The translations under genes were made by a program, and so were the position numbers. From assembly GCA_950097015.1 (NCBI GenBank), contig CATNEN010000038.1, forward strand, positions 7,502,001 to 7,566,000: a DNA stretch of 64,000 nt. Reading direction: 5' to 3'. Below the pieces are notes generated by a model. It searched no databases. It saw only the letters and a list, made by a program, of their open reading frames with translations, and had not been told where the DNA came from. Positions within the stretch are counted from its first letter, which is position 1, and every line of letters starts with the position of its first letter. Positions 11,901 through 24,891 of this stretch are shown here, in pieces. The DNA comes from Macrostomum hystrix (Eukaryota; Animalia; Platyhelminthes).

Positions 11901-12060
11901 GGCGTTGACAGCTACATTCTCGCAAGCGACGGCAATCTAGATTGCAACTCTACTCGGCGGTATCTCCTCGTAAAGAGTAAAGTTTCAGTACTCAATTAGA
12001 CTTCGGGGCGTGCCACACTTGAAAGAAACCAGCGCTTCCATATTCTTTAACAACGGATAA

Positions 12061-12255
12061 GTGGTGGATCTGTAACGCATCCCAGTTTCACACCATTCTC
12101 CCTGAGCTCGAATCCGGCCACACCGCATTTTTTGGGGCGGAGGGAAGTTTAAGAAGCTTCTCCGGCAATTTACACCAAAATAGTCCCATCACAATACAGT
12201 GTAAGAGTGTACACTGCCTGACAATGAGAAAGTCGAGGCAGATGTACACACCTAT
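12061..12255 (+). mobile_element. Degenerate tRNA-SINE family B copy
   Basis: tRNA-like head (gtggtggatctg...gctcgaatcc) and body gtgtacactgcctgacaatgagaaagtcgaggcagatgtacac shared with the other copies. Confidence 0.55.
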
Positions 12256-12764
12256 CGTACGAAAGCTTTATGAGTCTATACTATGGACTCCTAGGTTTCT
12301 GTCTTTGAAACGAAAACGGTTCAATACGGAATGAAAACTGAGAAAATATACACAGGACTCACAATAGTTCAAACTTAAGCAGTTGTATGCTGTATATCGT
12401 GGTGCTATCCGTCAGGATGTCGCTGTCTGCAGTATTTTCGTTTCAGTTTAGCTTCATAAGTCATAGTTGGCTTTCATTTATAGTCGCAAAGATTAGTGAA
12501 CCTTCTCATAGAATAGAGATAAGGCACTCGTCAATAAAAATTAGGATAACAACAGAGCCTCAATTCTCATGACATTATCACGTGGAATTCCATTTTTTAC
12601 TGTTGGGTGGTTAGGACTCGGGTAAAAGTGCAACAAAACAGTGCCATGTCATTGCTACTTGTAACTGGCAGAACCCCTGAAAAATGGGGTCGGAATAGCT
12701 CGTGACTCTAGGTTCACAACCACAAGGCCCCTTCAACTCTCATTCCAATCTTATATACCTCCTT

Positions 12765-13255
12765 CGTCTCAAAATTCCCCTGTGTGGTCTCAACATTCCC
12801 CTGTGTGGTCTCATCCTTCCCTGTGTTGTCTCAAAATTCCCCTGTGTGGTCTCATCCTTCCCCTGTGTGGTCTCAACATTCCCCTGGGTGGTCTCATCCT
12901 TCCCTGTGTTGTCTCAACATTCCCCTATGTGGTCTCATCCTTCCCTGTGTTGTCTCAAAATTCCTCTGTGTGGTCTCATCCTTCCCCTGTGTGGTCTCAT
13001 CCTTCTCCTGTGTTGTCTCAACATTCCCCTATGTGGTCTCATCCTTCCCTGTGTTGTCTCAAAATTCCTCTGTGTGGTCTCATCCTTCCCCTGTGTGGTC
13101 TCATCCTTCTCCTGTGTGGTCTCAACATTCCCCTGTGTGGTCTCAACTTTCCCCTGTGTGGTCTCAACATTCCCCTATGTGGTCTCATCCTTCCCTGTGT
13201 TGTCTCAAAATTCCCCTATGTGGTCTCATCCTTCCCTGTGTTGTCTTAAAATTCA
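12765..13255. repeat. 20-21-bp minisatellite (tgtggtctcaacattcccctg and variants)
   Basis: Direct tandem repeats; they explain the spurious ORFs in all three plus frames. Confidence 0.95.
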
Positions 13256-13958
13256 CCTCTCGATCGGACCTACTATCGCTGCTTTGCCGACTACAAATGA
13301 AAGAATCTTGAATTACAGAAAAGATTGTAAACCAACAGCGAGTGATAGATTCCTGCCCTAGCATGGTGTGGGGAGAAGTTTAACAAAAATGGTCTACGAA
13401 CATCGAGTGTATAAAGTATATATATTTATAACATACATCTGTTCGTTAAAAATAATTTAATACTGTAATCTCAGGCAGCTGGTCACAGGCACGCACAGAC
13501 AAGCTTAAAGCTAAGTCGTGTTAGAGTCGTGGTAGTTTTCAAGAGACAAACTGCAGGTACACGATTTAAGGCTGAGCAAAACCTAGCTTTTATCACAGAC
13601 GAGGCAAAAGCCACGATCGGTATGAAAAAACTGCGCGTACAGTCAGAAGAAAAAGGCACATTTGAAATCAGCTGGATCATTTGAGCTTTGAGAGAGATTG
13701 AGAATAAATAAGGCATCCGGTGCTTGGCTCTGCGGGCAGATCCACCAGTTGTACATAACCTCTTTTAAAACTGATAGGCATGATCGCATGGAAGACATAA
13801 ACATGGCGGACATAAAGATTTGTCAGACGTAAACCACCTCTTAGGCATGGCAAAATTACTAGACAGAAGTTAATTGACCTGAAGGATCTACCTGGAGCAG
13901 TCCATACTCACACCATTGTGAAAGATCTTCATAAAAAATTCTAGATTGACTTGCAGTT

Positions 13959-16900
13959 TCAGGATTCTGGCAGTTTTCGTTGGATCTCAGAGAGCGCTTT
14001 GAGCACCTCCTTCATCTGCTTCTCCAGCCTCTTCTGAGCACTTCTCTGCTTCTTCAGCTGCTCCTGGATCTCCGTCAGCCGCTCGCCGCCGTCGGGGCGC
14101 GCATGCAACTCGCGCCTGAAGCTGGCGGTGAGGTCCTTCAGCAGCTCGCGGCGGGACTCGGCCAAGACGTTCTCGGTGTGCGCTCGGAGACCATCGTAGT
14201 CGCTCTGGTGCTTCTCCAGGCCCTGCTGCAGGGTTGGCCGATAGAGTCGCAGCTGCAGCGCCTGGTAGGTCAGGAAGGACTTGTACTGCTCGGGGTAGTC
14301 CTTTGTGCTGCTGGTGCACCTCCACCACTCCTGCAGCTGCTGGTGTCAGGTGGAAGCAGGTGGCAGTGCTTTCACAACTTTGACAACTTTCAAAAAAACC
14401 CCAACTGCCAGAGACAATACCCCAACTTAAAGAAAAACCACACCTCTAAGACAGCACCCAAATTCTCAGACAATACCCGAACATAAGAACACCCAAAAAC
14501 ATTTACATTTTGGCTTGGAAGTTCCGAGTCCGAATCGGACTGTCCCCGGCTCGGATGCACCCTGAGGTTTCGGTCGCGGCACCACTGGACTGCGGCAGCC
14601 AGCGGCCGGAGCAGCGCGTTGTCAAGCAGAGACAGCGGCAGCGGCAGGAAGCTCACCTGCCGGAACTGCTGCAATGTGTCGTAGCTGGTCTTGCGCCAGA
14701 TGACCACCGTCTTGCTGGCCAGGCGGGCCACTGACAGGCTGAACAGGGCAATCAGCAGGTTCCACATCACAATGTTCACCAGCAGGAGGAAGACAAACAG
14801 CATGGAACCATCGAAGGCTTCTCTGAGGCATGGTTCAGGTTTATTATTATTAATAATAATAATATTTACAGATGCACTGCTGACACATGCACACCCACGG
14901 ATACCGTACGCATGCACACCTTTGTTCGGCCCTAAACTCCCTTTGCCCTTGGAAATCGCACGAATCGGCTGTGCCTAAAACGGACCAACTAAACAGCAAT
15001 GATACGAAAGAGAAAGGCTTGCAACCATGTGAGTTGATAAGACTAAAAAGTCTTGGTCCAGAAAACTCGAAGTTCGACGAACGGCAATAGTCTTGCGACT
15101 GTGAAATCACCTGACACCGCGCGATACCGCCAGTGAAGCAGATAATTATTTAAAGCGATCGATTTAGACGTCAACTTTTGAGATTCTTTAAAAAATGAAT
15201 AAAACCAGCTTGTTTGCTGCAAAAAACAGCAATGGCACAGCCATCTACAGGCTCATTGCTGGTGAGTAAGGAACAAAATAATAATTGCTTACACCTGCCC
15301 CAATCGGGCCAGATGTGCAGCCGACAGCACAGACACAGCTATAAGGGCAAGGGCACGTTTTCCCATTCCGCTGACTCCAAAGCGCACACTTAACAAGGGT
15401 GTACAGTCAAGTCTTTACACTGTACAAACAGCTTTAAACTGACAGTATAAACAGGACATTTGTAGGCCCTAATGTAAAAGTCAATAAAAACTTTAAGCAA
15501 AAGGCAAAAATACCTCTTTGGTTTAGTAAACTGTTAAAAAGGTTCTTACTGTAAGTAGATTATTAAGTGTTTTGTTGTACGGCATTTCCAAGAAAGGTGT
15601 CAATCAAATTCTTCGCATTTACCTGCCATCGGGATGCACACAGGTGAGATTAGCCGTGTATCCACCAGCGACGTTTTCCTCGGAGCAAGCAGTCAAATCA
15701 GTCTTCTGGTACATGGTGAACGCCACAAAGCCGGGAAAGGTAAGAATCTCGCGCAGCGTCGGCCAACCGGGCCGAGCGATAGCCGCTGCGGGAGCTCCGC
15801 TGATGACCGTCAGTGCGGGATACAGCAGGACCAGGAAGAACACGCCGAACGAGACGATCATCACCGCCAGGATAGACAAAAACGGCCCCAGGTCTTCCAG
15901 CAGCAGGCACTGCAGCATGGACACTTTGGGACCGATGGACTTCTGGTAGGCGAGCAGGCGGAGTGTCCGGAAGCCCCACAGCAGGAAGGACGTCGCCAGG
16001 GTAACCTGACAGCCGTATGTCTCTCCGGACAGGGTGACTAAGAGACGCGCCTTCAAGGCCAGGCCGACCCAGAGGAACAGCAAGGCCGCAAGGTCACAAT
16101 AGTTGAAGAAATCCATCAAGTATCGAGGCACGAGGCGAATTTTTTGTCTAAAGTAGATTTGCACCGGCTGCTTTGAAGACGCGAAGTCGGCGATTTCGTG
16201 AGCCGTGAGAGCAGCGGCAAACAGCCACATGACCGTGTCCGGCCCAGCGTTGGCAAAGGTGCGCGCAAAGTCGCACACAAACCAGGCAAAGTAGGATAGA
16301 AACACGAAGTATGAAATAATAAACAAAAAAAATCTTGCTTTGATACTAAAACCTAAGCGCCCTTCTTTGCCGCAGAAGTGCGTCTCCTGTTGCTGCCATG
16401 GAAACGGCTCAGGGCGGTCCCAAAGCTCCTTGGTCAGCTTGCTCAGACACTCCGAAGCAAACAGCGCTTCGCTGTCAAGCAGGTCGATTAGCTCGAGAAT
16501 AGTGAGATATTCCACCTCGGGCTTACTTTCTTTGTTTCCAGAAGTCAGCGACCTGTCGAAAGGGAACCGCGGTCCGCACTGGTGCTCGTCACATTTTTCG
16601 TCGCCGATGTACTTTACGAATCCACCTGTCAAGTAGCGAAAAACTAGCGGCTTCATATTGCTGTCGGCATTCAGATACAACTGCTCCAGCACATTCACCA
16701 GGGTTGACGTCAGGCGGTCTGTGAGACGGCTCATCTGCTCATATTTTCCATGCTGACGCTGCGTCAGCGGTCGAATACTAATGAGCACGCGAAGACAGGT
16801 TGGCACTAGGTCAAACTGAGTCGTCATCACCAGGTCATTCAAAATGCCATCCCGGCTAGTCAGTATGGCGACGTCAATTATTGAGACACCCGGACGCTCC

Positions 16901-19900
16901 AGCTGCTCCGGCTGAAGGTCTGGAAAAGAGTCTTTCAAGCTCGAGCTCTTTTGAGACTGGAGAAGGCGGGCGCGCATCAGATGACAAAAATCGGCATCGT
17001 CTTGGACACCTTCCATGTAGCCGAGCACCATCAGGCTGCGCAACATTTCAGAAGAGTTCAGCTCGAAGGCGCGCGCCAGGAGCAACGTCTGGGCGGAGTA
17101 GCGCTGCCCGTCCATTTCAGTTTCGGCACCGACAGCCGAGAACGCAGTGTCGTCTGAATAAGAGGCCAGCAGGCTCAGAGCAGAGTCTCTCTCGGGCAAC
17201 CGCAGAGCACGCCTGGGCGGGTCCAACAGTCGCAGGACGTCCGCGAGATCTGGTGCTGCGTCCGGCTTCGATACAACGCGAATGAGAGATTCGAGCCGAC
17301 CCTGACATTGTTTCGAGCATAGGATGTTTTTTTTAATTAAGTAGCTCGAGGACTACTTAGAAGTGCCAAATTTAAGCTGCAGCTGCATGCATGAGCAAGA
17401 AATACATGGCAAAGCAAAACTGAAACGAACACACTACGTCCTTTTGGTACGTTTTGTGAAAATTGGGAAATTTTTATTTATGGATATTGTAGATATTGTA
17501 TTTTTCTGCGTCCGGCTAACTAGCAGTTATTCCTGGTTTAATTTTCCTAATAAATTATCCATAAAGAATTACATTAGGATCAACGTACCTTGTTGTACGC
17601 CAAATCGACGCATGTGCATCCCGCATCAGTTTCGTCAGCTAGTTGCAGGTCAATGCTGGTCAGGTAGCGAATATTGGCCTCTTGGCCAGCCTCGCACGCC
17701 AGGTGGAGGCAGGTGGCGCCCTTCAAAGGTCCACCCTTTGGCATCCGAACTGAAAAAAACTCTTGCTCATTGTACAGTCCTCCCAGGGCTAGCAGATCCG
17801 ATCTGAGCTTTTCCAGGTCGTATTTTGTAGCGAACACGTGGATCGCATGGAGTCCCTCGGAGTTCGTCAGCAGGGAGCGGTACTTCTCCGGCTGCTGAGC
17901 GAGTCTTTCCAGCACACCGAGGAGCATCGGGCCGCTGATCTCAGCAGCCATGAGGCAGTTGTGCTTGGCTGAGTTCTCAGTGGTTATCGAGATTTGAGCA
18001 TCCGTCTGCCAGCGCTCAAACTCTTTAAAGAATAGATCCAACTCAAAGTCACGTGACCAGAACTCTTGGCGCTGCTGGAACAGCGCGTGAAGCAGCGTGT
18101 TGCCGCTCGTGTCAGTGCGAGCTTGTATTTTCGGTTGAATGAAATCGGCTGACAAGAATTCGAAGTTCTTTAGTAGGCAGGCGGTGAACATTGGGCTCCG
18201 GCCCTGGTTAGACAAAAGTTATTTGTGAAATTCCAGCAGTATGATATATCTAGGTAAAAGCAACCAGTACAAGTAAAAAGTACTTTCCAGACACTTTCCG
18301 TACACACCTGCTGATCGAAGGAACCTTGCGCAGCCTCCGAAGGAGACGCCAATCCCAGCGCTTCGGCGGCCAATCGAAAGTAGCGCGCCCCGCAGGACCG
18401 GTTCGCAGCGCAGTAGTGCAGGCAGGTGCGCCCTTCGTCGTCCGGCGCGCCTAGCGTCATTCGCAAGCCGGCCGAGTCGTTGCTAAGCAACCAGAGAAAC
18501 GCGCTGTTGCCGTCCTCGGGTGGTGTCGACTCGTTGGCTGCAGCGCAGTGAATGGCGGTCCGGCCTTTGGCGTCGCGCCAGGTGAAGCAGTTGGCGCCCA
18601 GGTGCTTCCAGATGAATTGTATCAGTGAGTCCGTAACCTGCTCGTTGGATTACGAATCAGGTGCTTGTTTAAAGTCAGTTCCATTGCCTATGTGTTGCGT
18701 GTGTTGTGTTTGGCTCGTCACACAGAGTGTGCTCAATTGTGACTATTTCACAGACTTTTTACGAGTTGCAACCATGAGCGACTCAAATCTGATCGAGCAC
18801 AAAGTAACTGAGACCCGTGTCTATAAGAATTTGACTACCTTTATTTCTATTTAGCATAGAAAATATTCGACTTCGTGTTTCCAACCCCATAAGGCAAATC
18901 AAAACCTATTCAATCGTACAAGATGACAGTGAAACCAATGAAGCTCTAGCAACGTGAAGACCATGCAGCAATATATTTTACGCAAGTCACTCAAATGCTT
19001 TAAAAATAATAACGTACACTTATTTCACCTATGGCATATAGGTGACTATTGTGACTTTCTCATCGTCAGGCAGTGTGCTTTCTCACTGTGCTTCGAAGGT
19101 TGCCACTCAAAGGCGTAAATTGCACGACAAGCCACCAACAAGCCTTCTCTTAGTGGCTGCGCCCCAAATGAATGTTGCCTCACCGCGGAATCAAGCTCAG
19201 AGACCTTGGCGCGAGAGGCAAACTCGTTAGCCACTCTGCCACTCACCCCCCAGTTAGAATGTTTGACCCAAGAAAATTTCAGGGCTTGTGCAGTTCCTCC
19301 CGGACCATATTTTAGCTCTTAGCTTTATTAAGTCTATCAAACCAGTCTTTAATGTACAACTCTAACCAATAACAAGTGACATAAAACACTGATTTACCTG
19401 AAACCACGCCGCCAAGTGAAGCACAGTGTTCTTCTTCTCATCCTGCTCCTTGAGACAGTCCGATCCAAGCTGGCTCACGAACCACTCCAGCGCCTCGGGG
19501 TGCTTGCGATTTTTGGCAGCGTACAAGACCCCGCTGCGGCGAAGGTAGCCCGGCTGCAGGAAGCCGTCCAGCTTTCCAAGCTTGTCCTTCGCACGCTGCA
19601 TCAGCTGGACGCTGTGCAGTTCGGCGCAGACGTGCAGCGAGTTCGTGCCGCTCAGGTTGCCAGCGGTGAAGATTTCCGGCGCCAAATTGTCCAGCATCCA
19701 TTCGAAGATGGACTCGTTTGGATTGTGCGCCGCGTAGTAGGCCGCGGTGCGCTTCGACTCGTCCTGTACGCCAAAGCAGTCTGGGCTACACAGCTCCTTG
19801 ATCAGCCGCATCGCCTTAACGTCTAATCGCCAAGCAGCCAGGTGAAGGGGTGTCACACCTGTTTGCTTGTTTTTCTTAGTTAGGTACTCGCCACCGAGTG

Positions 19901-22049
19901 CGCTGGCTAGCAGCAGAAGCGATTGGCTGGCGATTTCAGGGTTGCCGCTGCCCTCCAAGGCTACCAGGTGAGCCAGGTTCCGTCCCTGATGGTCAGTTGC
20001 CTCCTCCAGTCGACTGCTCTGCTCCAGTAGGCTTTCTAATCGGGCGTTGTCTCCATTGGCGATGCACTCTGCTGCCTGCTGGAACAGACTGCTAGTCTCC
20101 TCGGTTGATGCTGGCGCGACTTCGGCAGGACTGACTGAAATCGGCTCCACTGTTCCGTGCCATTCCGATCGGCCGCTCTGCCAGAGCCTGGGTGACCTCC
20201 GCAATTTTGCTGAAGCCTTGAAATTTTGTTGCAGGCATGGCTTAGTAGTTGGGAAATATTTTTTTATATTTACAATACACGCGAAACCATTTATGATCAT
20301 ACATATATGTTTATATGCATAGTTCAGTGGCTAGGAATGAAATTATTTAACTTATAGGATTGGATATTTGTGAAGAAAACGAAAACGATTTGACAAGAAA
20401 ACAAAGCTTCAATGTCAGACGTGGTTGTCCAACGATAATTAATCTTACAGTGATTTGTAAAAAAATTTTAACTATTTATAAAATAATAATTACAAGACTT
20501 TATCTACGTCATGAAATAGTTTAAAAAGTGTTTATATTTTGAGTAACTTTGTTTAATGGAGTCGGATATAAGAATATTTGTCAATATTTTGATCCATAAT
20601 TGTCAATATGTCAATATTTTATATAGCTAGATGTGCATATTTGTTTTTTTAAATAATTGCATCACACTGCTTTGATCAAGATATTTTTACGAGCATTTAA
20701 TCCAGTCCATTTACTAAAAGCAGGTTTTTGTTTAGATAGCAAGTTTTGGATCTCAAATAAGAGTACAGTTTAGGTATTTTTAATTTATTTTGTTAATTTA
20801 TTTTTTTCTTCTTTATTCTTCAGCAAGAGCGAATGAGTAACTTGCTCTAAGTAAATATTTTACAATATTTCGTAATTTTATCTTAATTTATCTTTTTATA
20901 TATTTACCATTATCACAATACATATTAGTGAGTTTGTTTCAGTGTAGGGTAAAAGAGTTGTGCATCTACTGGGTCCTACCTAATGTGGCAATCATCAAGA
21001 ATTATGATTCGAGGCAGGTGTTATAAAGCAATTTCTAGAATAATCTAATGCGAAAGTAAGAAGACTCGTAAAGTAATTTTGGAATGTTATTATATGTTCT
21101 TAATGCCGAACTTCGACTTTTCGTGCGGCGATATTATATTTCTTCACCAAACTTAAAAATGTAGTTTACACTAGACTCTGTTTGACTGACGCAGAAAAGA
21201 AATATATTCGTTTTTTCTACACTTATTTAACATTAAGGCCTGAAAGAAGCACTTTTAACTGAGATTTACCATTAAACGAGGAAAATAAATTTGACTGATT
21301 TGTTTAAACTATTTGCCTTATAATAAATTTAGTAAAAGTCGTAAAATTTTATATTATAGCGGAACATTTTAAATCTCGTAAAGCGATCTTCTACCAGCAG
21401 CTAAGCCGATTAGAGTTTATTTAAAGTGCTAAAGAGAAAATTTTACAAAACTATATGTTTTAGTGTTTCATGCTACTTCTGATTAACGGTTAACGTTTAA
21501 AAGTGGTAATATACAGTTTATGCGCAGTAGACTGTTTTGAATAGTTTATAGTTATTTGATACAACTGTCTGCGCAAAAACACGCACGTTTCCTAATGAGA
21601 ATATAATTTTTTAATTACAAAGTACTGCCATTTCATGGTGGTCAGCTTCGAAATCCTTTAAAGGGTTAGTTTATATTTGCTTTATTGCTATTCTCGGGAC
21701 ACGTTTTAATTAAAAATTTTAGAAAATGCCATTCTTGAAAAATCATCGATTCCCATTGAACTTAGACTACATTTTTAGGATTGTCGATCACATGGTAAAA
21801 CTTATTAAAATTGGCCGGATTGGGTATCGAGAAGTGATTCGGAGATCTGTACTTTATAAGTTGAGCTCGTGTAATCACAACAAATTAATATTTATATACT
21901 TCATTGCAGAGTCAATAATTAAGCCTCCAAACTTATATAATGGGAAATTAAAAACGATATAAAAATGGCCTAGCTGCCAGACATCATGGCAATTACCGTC
22001 GAACCGTGCGGCTACCAGCCGAAGATGACTTCGGAGCATGAGCCTGCAT
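13959..22049 (-). CDS. Ankyrin-repeat TRP cation channel with TRPM-like transmembrane/TRP-box region
   Basis: Phase-compatible exons: 22049-21997 (candidate first), 20187-19398, 18637-18308, 18203-17589, 17301-15623, 14822-14507, ~14330-13959. About 10 ANK-like repeats (TGVTPLHLAA, GRTCLHYCAA, GATCLHLAC), hydrophobic TM segments, YLMDFFNYCD, IGPKVSML, NLLIALFS...IWRKTSY...FLPLPLSLL, C-terminal coiled coil. Confidence 0.85.
19050..19245 (-). mobile_element. tRNA-SINE family B copy (intronic)
   Basis: Homologous to 26590-26790, including the head gtggcagagtggctaacgag...gcttgattcc. Confidence 0.7.
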
Positions 22050-22361
22050 ACCCTCACATTTTGACGGTATCTCGGGCGTATATAGCATGAATATATTGTG
22101 ACGATTAAACACAAAGGACGAAGTCGAAGTCTGAGCAGCGGCAATTGTAAGTTCGGCGATTCAAAGTCAGTAATGTGGGTGACGTAGCGGTAGCACTTTT
22201 ATTCTGTATGCACTGGGACGTCGACAAGCAGGGCGTAATGTAAGGCGTAGGAGCTCGTAATGGTGAGTGTCAGAACTGAATGTAGTGGAGTGTAGTGAGT
22301 GAGAAAGTCACGGCACGAAACGTAGAAGAGCGAGAATGGCGATAACGAAAGTGAGGAAGAA

Positions 22362-22498
22362 AGAACCAGTGGAGCGCAGAACCAGTGGAGCGCAGAACCA
22401 GAACCAGTGGAGCGCAGAACCAGTGGAGCGCAGAACCAGTGGAGCGCGAGCGGGCCGGAAAGAAAGGACCAGAACCAGTGGAGCGCGAGCGGGCCGGA
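22362..22498. repeat. Short tandem repeat (agaaccagtggagcgc)n between the divergent TRP and Rho genes
   Basis: About 6 copies, direct reading. Confidence 0.85.
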
Positions 22499-23344
22499 AG
22501 CCCTTGGTTAAGTAAACTAGGCTGATTGAAAAACAAAGCGATCGATACTTCCGGCCAACCAGAGCTCGCACGCTCATTGGCCGGGGGGAAAATACATTAA
22601 GATACGCGTAGTAAATAGCTAGAATGGCGCGATATACGTTTATGGTTACTGACAGTAGCGCACTAATAATTTGACTTACTAATATAATTTAACAGAATTG
22701 GATAATATGATACGATGAGCTAAAACGGCCCTCGCAAGTACATAATTTGGAAATTAAGCATATAATCAACGCATAGAGTAATATTGTAGGGGCGCAGGGG
22801 TGCCTTCAACAAGTGACAACGTCACAATATATTTAATTATAATCATTTACAAAGAACATCATTGCATAAAACCGCTGTCATGCTCACTGTCAAATAAATT
22901 ATTTAATTTAGTTTTTCTTGGCAATTTTCTCGTCAGCTGACTTTTTCAGCAGAATTATCTACGTGTGTAGGATAGCGAGATACAGCTAGACTCGAGTTAA
23001 TTGCGAGTTAAGCGCATAAATATGCCATTTTGGTGTGTAATTACTTGGCTCCAGCGGACAAATGGCGAAAATGACTGCCAAGTGCGTTCGTAGTGCAAGC
23101 GCATCTGGTGCGGGTGAAAATTGTCCAACAATTGTCCAAAATTGTCCAATTTTTGTATACAGAGCTAGCTATCGCACCTGCCGAAAAATGGTCACCGCAG
23201 TGTACAAGGCGGTAACAAAATCTGATTATATACCGAAGATTAAACTGTTTTATCATTAAGCACAGCACATTATTATTGTTGCTATTTTCAAAGATCTTTC
23301 GCATGAACTCTTTATACCGATAGGTTTTATCCGTTGAATCAATT

Positions 23345-24891
23345 ATGGCCGAAAGCCGCGCAATCAAATGTGTGGTGGTTGGCGACGGAGCCGTTGGCAA
23401 GACCAGCCTGCTCATCTCCTACAGCACCGGCCACTTTCCCAGCGACTATGTGCCCACCGTGTTCGAGTCCTACGCTGTTGACGTGGATATCGGCGGCCGA
23501 ACTTGGACTCTCGGATTGTTCGACACCGCCGGACAGGAGGGCTTCGATCATGTGAGCTGCTTTGATTAATTATCGATCAAACAAGTAACATTGGGAAGAC
23601 CACGGGGTATTTCAAGTACCCCCAATTGAAAGTTAGTTCATCGTAGAGGGTGGAACATTTTAATCCATATGTTTAATGGTGGTGGAATTTCACGAAAATC
23701 GGTCATTCGGTTTGGGAGCTATCGTGTACCGTCACAACTTAACAACACAGAGATAGGCGACTTCATAATGTTTACAACTTCATAAAATTCGACGTTATGA
23801 AGTCACATCTCTCTGCAGTGCAAATCGACGTTTGTAAATTTCTGCGTTGTGAAAATTCGAGCTGATGAAAAAGAGTGTCGTTCGACAATTTCAAATTTCG
23901 AGTTTGTAAAACGGCCCCATCTATGAGTCTTCAGGGTCCTTGAAGGAGATCCTGACGTTACGATCATGAATGCGCATCACACTTTACTAACCCTTAACGA
24001 CCTAAATTCCCTCGTCCCTTACCAAGGTGCGCACCCTGTCCTACAACCGCACAGACGTCTTCCTAGTCTGCTTCTCCGTCGTCAACGACGCTTCCTATCA
24101 CAATGCTCGCGAGCTGTGGGTGCCGGACATCAGACGGAACTCTGCCCGCTGCCCGATCGTGCTGGTGGGCACGCAAGTGGACCTGCGGGCGGAATCTACT
24201 CGACCAGTGGTCACCTACGAGATGGGCCGGCGACTCGGCTGCCGGGTGAAGGCAGTCAAGTACGTGGAATGCTCTGCAGTTACAGGGGTGAGTGCAAGAC
24301 GTTGGTGCTGGCCGAGTAGGTTGTAGTAGAGTTCCGCTGTAAACCTAAATCTTAGCACATTGGTATCCGTATCTTCACAATAATCTCGTCAAATATCCGT
24401 AGTTAAACTAGCTTCTCTTCGCTTCCCGTAGCTTCCTGTACGATCTCTTTAATCACGTGATTAACTCACATATAACAGATAAACAGACCATTTTCACCCT
24501 GGGGAAAGACCCCAGCAGGCATTGCCCACTGCCGACTTCACGATTGCTACCAAACCGAATGATCGATTTTCGTCAAAGTCCACCATCCTGGAAGTTGCTT
24601 AATTGGATAGAGAAAAATTGTTTGCCTAGTTCTTGATTTTCATGGTGATTGATTAAATATTTTAGGAGATACAGAAAAAAGAAAAATGTGGCATTTGAAA
24701 TATCCCCATGGTCTTTCTTCTGTTCAGGCTGATGGACATACTTTTCTACTCTAAAAGTAAACAATTAGTTTTCTGTCAACCTATGAACCTGTAAAAAATT
24801 GCAGGAGAACATCGACACAGTATTTCAAGAGGTTATTCTGGCAGCAACTCACCGCAGACGAATGTCGAACACAGTGTGCGATGTACTCTAG
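23345..24891 (+). CDS. Rho-family small GTPase (Cdc42/Rac/TC10-like)
   Basis: Exons 23345-23551, 24027-24287, 24805-24891; [36 protein letters not shown]; ends [13 protein letters not shown] (basic stretch plus CAAX). Confidence 0.92.

Noticed and set aside
12702-13361. Cys/Pro/Leu-rich ORFs
   Set aside because: Minisatellite translation, open in all three plus frames.
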